Shown piece by piece: positions 30,901-36,900 of a stretch of 64,000 nt of DNA (positions are counted from its first letter, which is position 1; each line of letters begins with the position of its first letter). The notes below the pieces were generated by a model that made no database searches, was not told where the DNA came from, and worked only from the letters and a program-made list of their open reading frames with translations. The position numbers and the translations under genes are program-made. Source of the stretch: Candidatus Hadarchaeota archaeon (GTDB lineage Archaea; Hadarchaeota; Hadarchaeia; Hadarchaeales; JAGGTB01); the NCBI GenBank assembly GCA_964608515.1, contig CAZSNS010000001.1, positions 15,210 to 79,209 on the forward strand. The letters are read 5' to 3'.

Positions 30901-33900
30901 TAGCGCGCGATCGAAAATCTGGACCTCGTCTATCGTTCCGGTATAGTTCCACTCAGGATATGAAACATCGTCAGTTCCTATTTTTATAGATGATTCGCTG
31001 GCGTAATTCCCGTTCCAACCTGTTTCTGTGGCTTCTAAGCTACCGTTTATGTATAATTTTAATTCACCAGCTCCAACGTCAGCTATTCCGACACCATGGT
31101 ACCAATTACTCGTACCCAGAGATGCTGAAACTCTGCCGGTACTGTTTCCGTTGTTAGAATTGAAAACTAAATTCGAACCGTCAACATACAAACTCAAACC
31201 ACTGTACTGGGGAGGATTTCCACCTACAATCTGACCGTCATTCTTTTTATTAAACCATGCGGAAAAAGTATAACTCTGACCTTGACTATTACTCCATCCT
31301 GTATCAACATAATCATTCCAACTGGTGAAGTGTAGACCGTTATCGTATTTTCCCTTCGTCCAGCTGGAGGATCGGTAACATTGGAGTTCAAAGAAGGATA
31401 GTGATGGCGTGTTTCTTGTGTCGTTGGTTGAAAGTCGGAAGGATACGCGACCGTAACGGGCTGGAGTTAAGCTGGAAATATCATTAGAACCATCGTTAAC
31501 GGAGAACCAGCCAGTATCCCCAGCTATCGAGGAAAATTCATCCGTACTAGATTGAACTCTCGCTTCTATAGTTTCACCAGACCCAATCGAAGCGTTTATA
31601 TACAAATCGTCCCATTCCATTGGTTTTTCGAAATCGTATATTTTTGATCTCCAAATGTTATTCTTGATATGTGCAAGTTCATCTTTAGCCATATAACCTG
31701 TTTCTTGGGGGGTTAATGGTCTCGCATAAATGCCGACCTCATCGATTTTGCCATGATAACCATATGTAGATGAGGTACTATCGCCAGGCATTCCGATTCG
31801 GAGAGGGTTGGCGGTGGCAGTGATACTTGAAGGTCCGGAAGAAGTATTGGAATCTTCTTGCCCGTTAATATAGATTTTCAAATCCGTTCCGTTGTAAACT
31901 CCCATAACATGATACCAGTTATTTGCAGATAGGTTAGTGCTGGATTCGACCGAATACCTACTCCCATCACCATATACCTTAAATAAAACATTTGAATCGT
32001 TTAAACCTAAGCTATAACCTTCTACATTCGAATAATCGTATTTAGAAGCGATAAATTGTTCTCCAGATGAAACTGATGTTGGTCTTATCCAAGCTTCCAC
32101 CGTTAGATTATTGGACAAATTCAAGGTAGAATCATCAGGAACCTCCACATAATCATCACCAGCAAAACTCAAAGAACGACCATAAGAACCACCACTCTCT
32201 CTTGACGCTCCATTTATTGTACCATCGTTATTCCCAAAATTATCATAAACCGTTGAACCAGAAGTCTCTTCAAACGGATAATAAGCAGTGCCTGAAGACC
32301 AGAGACTTTTAATTTCGTTTATAGAAAGAGCTCTATCAAATATTTTCACTTCGTCAATTTCCCCGTTAAAAAAGTATCGGGGTCCATAAGGATCTGCTCC
32401 GACATAATAAGGAGTGTCACTCAATCCATTACCTATACTAATGTTTCTTTCCCCGACTTTCGCTCCATCTACATAAAACTTCGCCCAGTTATCTTCCACA
32501 TCAAACGTTAAAGCTGCATGATGCCAAGTATCGGCTGAAATAGCAGAACTAGTACAAACACTATCGTAAGCATATCCACACAAAGTTCCATCAGTTTTTA
32601 GCCAAATACCCATTTCAGGACCCCAATAATCAGAGAAAAGAGCCATTTGCTGAGAGGGAGTGGCGTCCGGGGTTTTGAACCATAACGAGATTGTGGAAGT
32701 GCCAGTGTCTGGATCCCAATTGCTTATACTTCCTAAATCAACATAATCTCCTGTATTTATTTCCCCACTCGTCCCTTGTTGAATTGCGACAGTTGAAAAA
32801 CCAGTATCAGCGTGACCTCTCTCAGAGTCACCCACCTGATCTTCTTCAGCGTAATAAGTAGTTTCAGAAGAGTTATAAGTTCCAGCACCTCTAGCCCAAT
32901 ACCCATCTACCCCTGTCCCCGTGTATCCGTCTATTACTACGTCGGGGGCAGAGGAAAAGGAATAAGAAAAGGTTTCAGAAGAATCATCTACTCCATCATT
33001 ATTTCCATCTGTCGGGTGTTTATCTACATGATAATCCGTCACGTTGGCATATCCCTTTCCTCCGATATCTTCAAAAGCGATCCATCCAATATTTTCAGAA
33101 ATCGTAGTTTTTCTTGATTCTCCAATTTCTAATTCGAGCTGGAAACTGTTAGAGGAGAGACTATTAGCAACAGAACTCGTAAACCAACCATTATTATAAG
33201 TATTCACAGTATGGAGCAACGCTGGCGCGGTTGAAAAAGAGTGCGAGAAATTAACAGTTTCACCACCAAAGCTTTCCCCACCCCTATGAACACTTGAGGT
33301 CTCCAAATGCCCAGCCTCTATCTTCGTCCCATCGGATAAAACATGGTCCCCTTCCTCCATAACAATATACCCGATGTCCTCAGAGCTATGGCCTTGGTCG
33401 TCGGGTTCTTCCATGAAGATTTCGAAACTATTAGAGGTTACGTTTCTAACTCTAACGTCTATTGATTGTCCACCGTTTCGAGTTTCTATAAAAGCAACCA
33501 CGACGGGGTCGGTAAAGTTATGATCTAAATTAACCGTATTTACGGTACCTCCGTCTATAGTTGTGGAAAGATTTACTTGACCGGATTCCATAAAAGTAGT
33601 GTTCTTTTTAGAACGCACCGCACTACCACACTTTCCATCAGTATAAGGATAATAATTAACATCCAAAGAATGAACTCTAGGCGAAACGCTCGTATCACTA
33701 GTTGACAAGTCAGAAACGAGACGCACATATCGACCATTCGGCAAATTCGATATAGAGTAAGAGTTCTTACCGTCATCCAAAGAAATTGTCTCTGTAGTTA
33801 CTCCCGAACTATGATTTCCATCATCATCAACTTGAACATCCACAGAAACCGACCCACTTCCGCCTAACGTCGTCGTCGTTTCTAAATTCCTCCAATCCGC

Positions 33901-36900
33901 TTTCCTAGCGCCTACATCCCGCCATTCAGATGTATGTGTTCCAGTACCATGATGAAAATTTACATAAACCGTATAATCCTCCACCTCCCCAAAATTCATG
34001 GTTTCGCAAGAACTTGGATATCCATTAAATTCTTCTGATACTCTCATTAGTGTGGGTCCGCCTACTGCGTCGTTGGGTACGGTTATGGTTCCGGATACTG
34101 TACCTCCGTCAGTATCTGTGCTTCCTAGGTCGGTGGCCTCTCCAGATTCGAGACTCCCGTCCTGATCCCAGTCAATCCAGACTCTTCCATATTGAGTCCA
34201 ACTGCTTTCTAATCCTATCGTTACTGTTATGTTGTAACTTTCCCCTCTTGTTACAGGAGTAACTATGTCAGTGAAGTCCTCGTAACCGTCGGTAGTGTCT
34301 GGACCGGGTTCTGAAGCCCAATTGATGGTGTTGAATTCTACTCGTCTAATCCAATCATCATCATTTCCCTCGTCTCCAGAACTACAATAACTAGATGCAT
34401 TCACATCCGCGTCTCTTCTCTCTCCTACATAAACTGTATAATCTTCTACTTCCCCCCAACTCATATCTTCGCAAGAACTTGGATATTCATAATATTTTTC
34501 TGATACTCTCATTAGTGTGGGTCCGCCTACTGCGTCGTTGGGTACGGTTATGGTTCCGGATACTGTTCCTCCGTCGCTACTAGTGCTTCCTAGGTCGGTT
34601 GCTTCTTCTGATTCGAGACTTCCATCGTGATCCCAGTCGATCCAGACTCTTCCGTATTGGGTCCATGAGTCTGACATACCTATTGTTACTGTTATTGTGT
34701 AACTGTTTCCTCTTCTTACGGAAGTAATTGCGTCGGTGTGGTCTTCGTAGCCGTCGGTAGTGTCTGGACCGGGTTCTGATTGTATATTGATGGTGTTGAA
34801 TTCTACTCGTCTAATCCAGTCATCATCATTTCCACCGTCTCCTGAACTGCAATAAAGCGAGGCGTCTATATCTACATCCTCTAGTTTCTCCATTGGAGTG
34901 TCTAAAGCGATAGAACTACCAGTGGTAGTTGTGTCTACGAAAGTTCCACTTTCCCAATCAGAATGTTTGTCCCAAGAAGTTGAGGAAAGCGATAAACTTC
35001 CATCATTCCCGTGACTCGTTTGATCGTTAACTGTTCCTCCATTAATTTCCTCAAATTTCCAAAAACCAGCTAGATCTTCGCCTTTAAGAGAAATACTTCC
35101 AGAACTTTTATACGGAGTTATGCCTGTGTTCCATGATCCTTCTAGCCAGTCCGATTGTGAGCTCCATTGTGGTTGTGATCGGATAGGTCCATGATTGTTA
35201 CGGTCTGTTTTATCGTGCACAGTGTGTCCGCTTCCTTCGTCGAGTTTCCAGAATGCTTGCATGTTTTCTGCGGTGAGTGAGATGCTTCCAGGGTTTAGCC
35301 CCGTGGCGACATCTGGACCGTAAGTCCCGTTTTTCCATTCTGTTTGAGTGTTCCACAGGTAGTCTCCTGCCAGGATTGTCCCATGATTATTCCAGTTTGT
35401 ATTGTCTTTTGCGATATGTCCTTGGTTTTCTTCGAATTTCCAAATCCCTTGACCGTCTTCTCCTAATAGTTGTAAACTTCCTGTGTTTTTGTAGGGGGTG
35501 ATGCCTGTGTTCCATGATCCTTTTAGCCAGTCTGATTGTGAGTTCCATGATGGTTTTGATAGGATTGTTCCGTGATTGTTGTAGTCTGTGTTGTCGTGGG
35601 CGGTGTGTCCTGTTCCTTCGTCGAATTTCCACAGTCCTTGTGTGTTTTCTGCGATGAGTGATATGTCTCCTGGGTTTAACCCTGTGGCTATATCTGGAAG
35701 ATAAGTCCCGTTTTTCCACTCAGTTTGATTGTCCCATTCATGCTCACCTGCCATTATCGTTGCGTCATTGTTCCAATCAGTATTATCATACGCTGTAGGT
35801 CCTTGATTCTCTTCAAATTTCCAAATGCTTCTTGCATTTTCTCCTAGTAGTTGTAAACTTCCTGTGTTTTTGTAGGGGGTGATGCCTGTGTTCCATGATC
35901 CTTTTAGCCAGTCTGATTGTGAGTTCCATGATGGTTTTGATAGGATTGTTCCGTGATTGTTGTAGTCTGTGTTGTCGTGGGCGGTGTGTCCTGTTCCTTC
36001 GTCGAATTTCCACAGTCCTTGTGTGTTTTCTGCGATGAGTGATATATCTCCTGGGTTTAACCCTGTGGCTATGTCTGGAAGGTAAGTTCCATCTTCCCAA
36101 TCAGTTTGGGTGTCCCACCAATAATCTCCGGCAAGAATGGTTCCGTCATTGTTCCAATCGGTATTATCATGAGCCACATGACCTTGGTTTTCTTCGAATT
36201 TCCAAACACCCTGAGCGTTTTCACCCAACAACTTGAGGGTTCCAGGAGTTTTATAAGGAGTTATGGAAGTATCCCAACCTTCACCAGTCCAATCAGACAA
36301 AGAATCAAAAAATAAATTATCGAAACTCTTTATTACCCTTTCAGAATCGACTTCGTAATATTGTCCGTCGTCTGTGTCTAGGTAGTCGGTTGTTGTCCCT
36401 GGTACTTCTGTTCCGTTTTCGATTGTGGTTTTGTTTTCGTATAGGTTGTCGATTCCTCCGTAGTTTTTTTCGTAAATGTTTTCGTATGCGTTGTTGTCTG
36501 CTTGGGCGTTGGGGAAGTTTTTTGTGTTTCCCTCGTGGATTGTTTCGTCTTGTACGTATCTGAATTTTGGAGGGATTGTGTTTTCGCTAATGTTTTCGTA
36601 AACTCCGTTTGGGGTTTGGGCGTTTTCGTAGTTTGTTGTGCCGGGGTCTCCTAATTGTTTGAGTCCGGTGATTAGGGGGTCGGGTTCTAAACTTACCGGA
36701 TAATCCGTATTTTCGGTCCAAAAACTAGAATCGACTTCGTAATATTGTCCGTCGTCTGTGTCTAGGTAGTCGGTTGTTGTCCCTGGTACTTCTGTTCCGT
36801 TTTCGATTGTGGTTTTGTTTTCGTATAGGTTGTCGATTCCTCCGTAGTTTTTTTCGTAAATGTTTTCGTATGCGTTGTTGTCTGCTTGGGCGTTGGGGAA

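Noticed and set aside
35387-36100. Two track ORFs (35387..35719 and 35813..36100, minus strand) encoding near-identical Arg/His/Lys-rich peptides ('RHSHRVKPRR.ITHRRKHTRTVEIRRRNRTHRPRQ...').
   Set aside because: They are out-of-frame, same-strand shadows of the 381-bp repeat inside the giant CDS. Their similarity only reflects the DNA repeat, and they have low-complexity basic composition.
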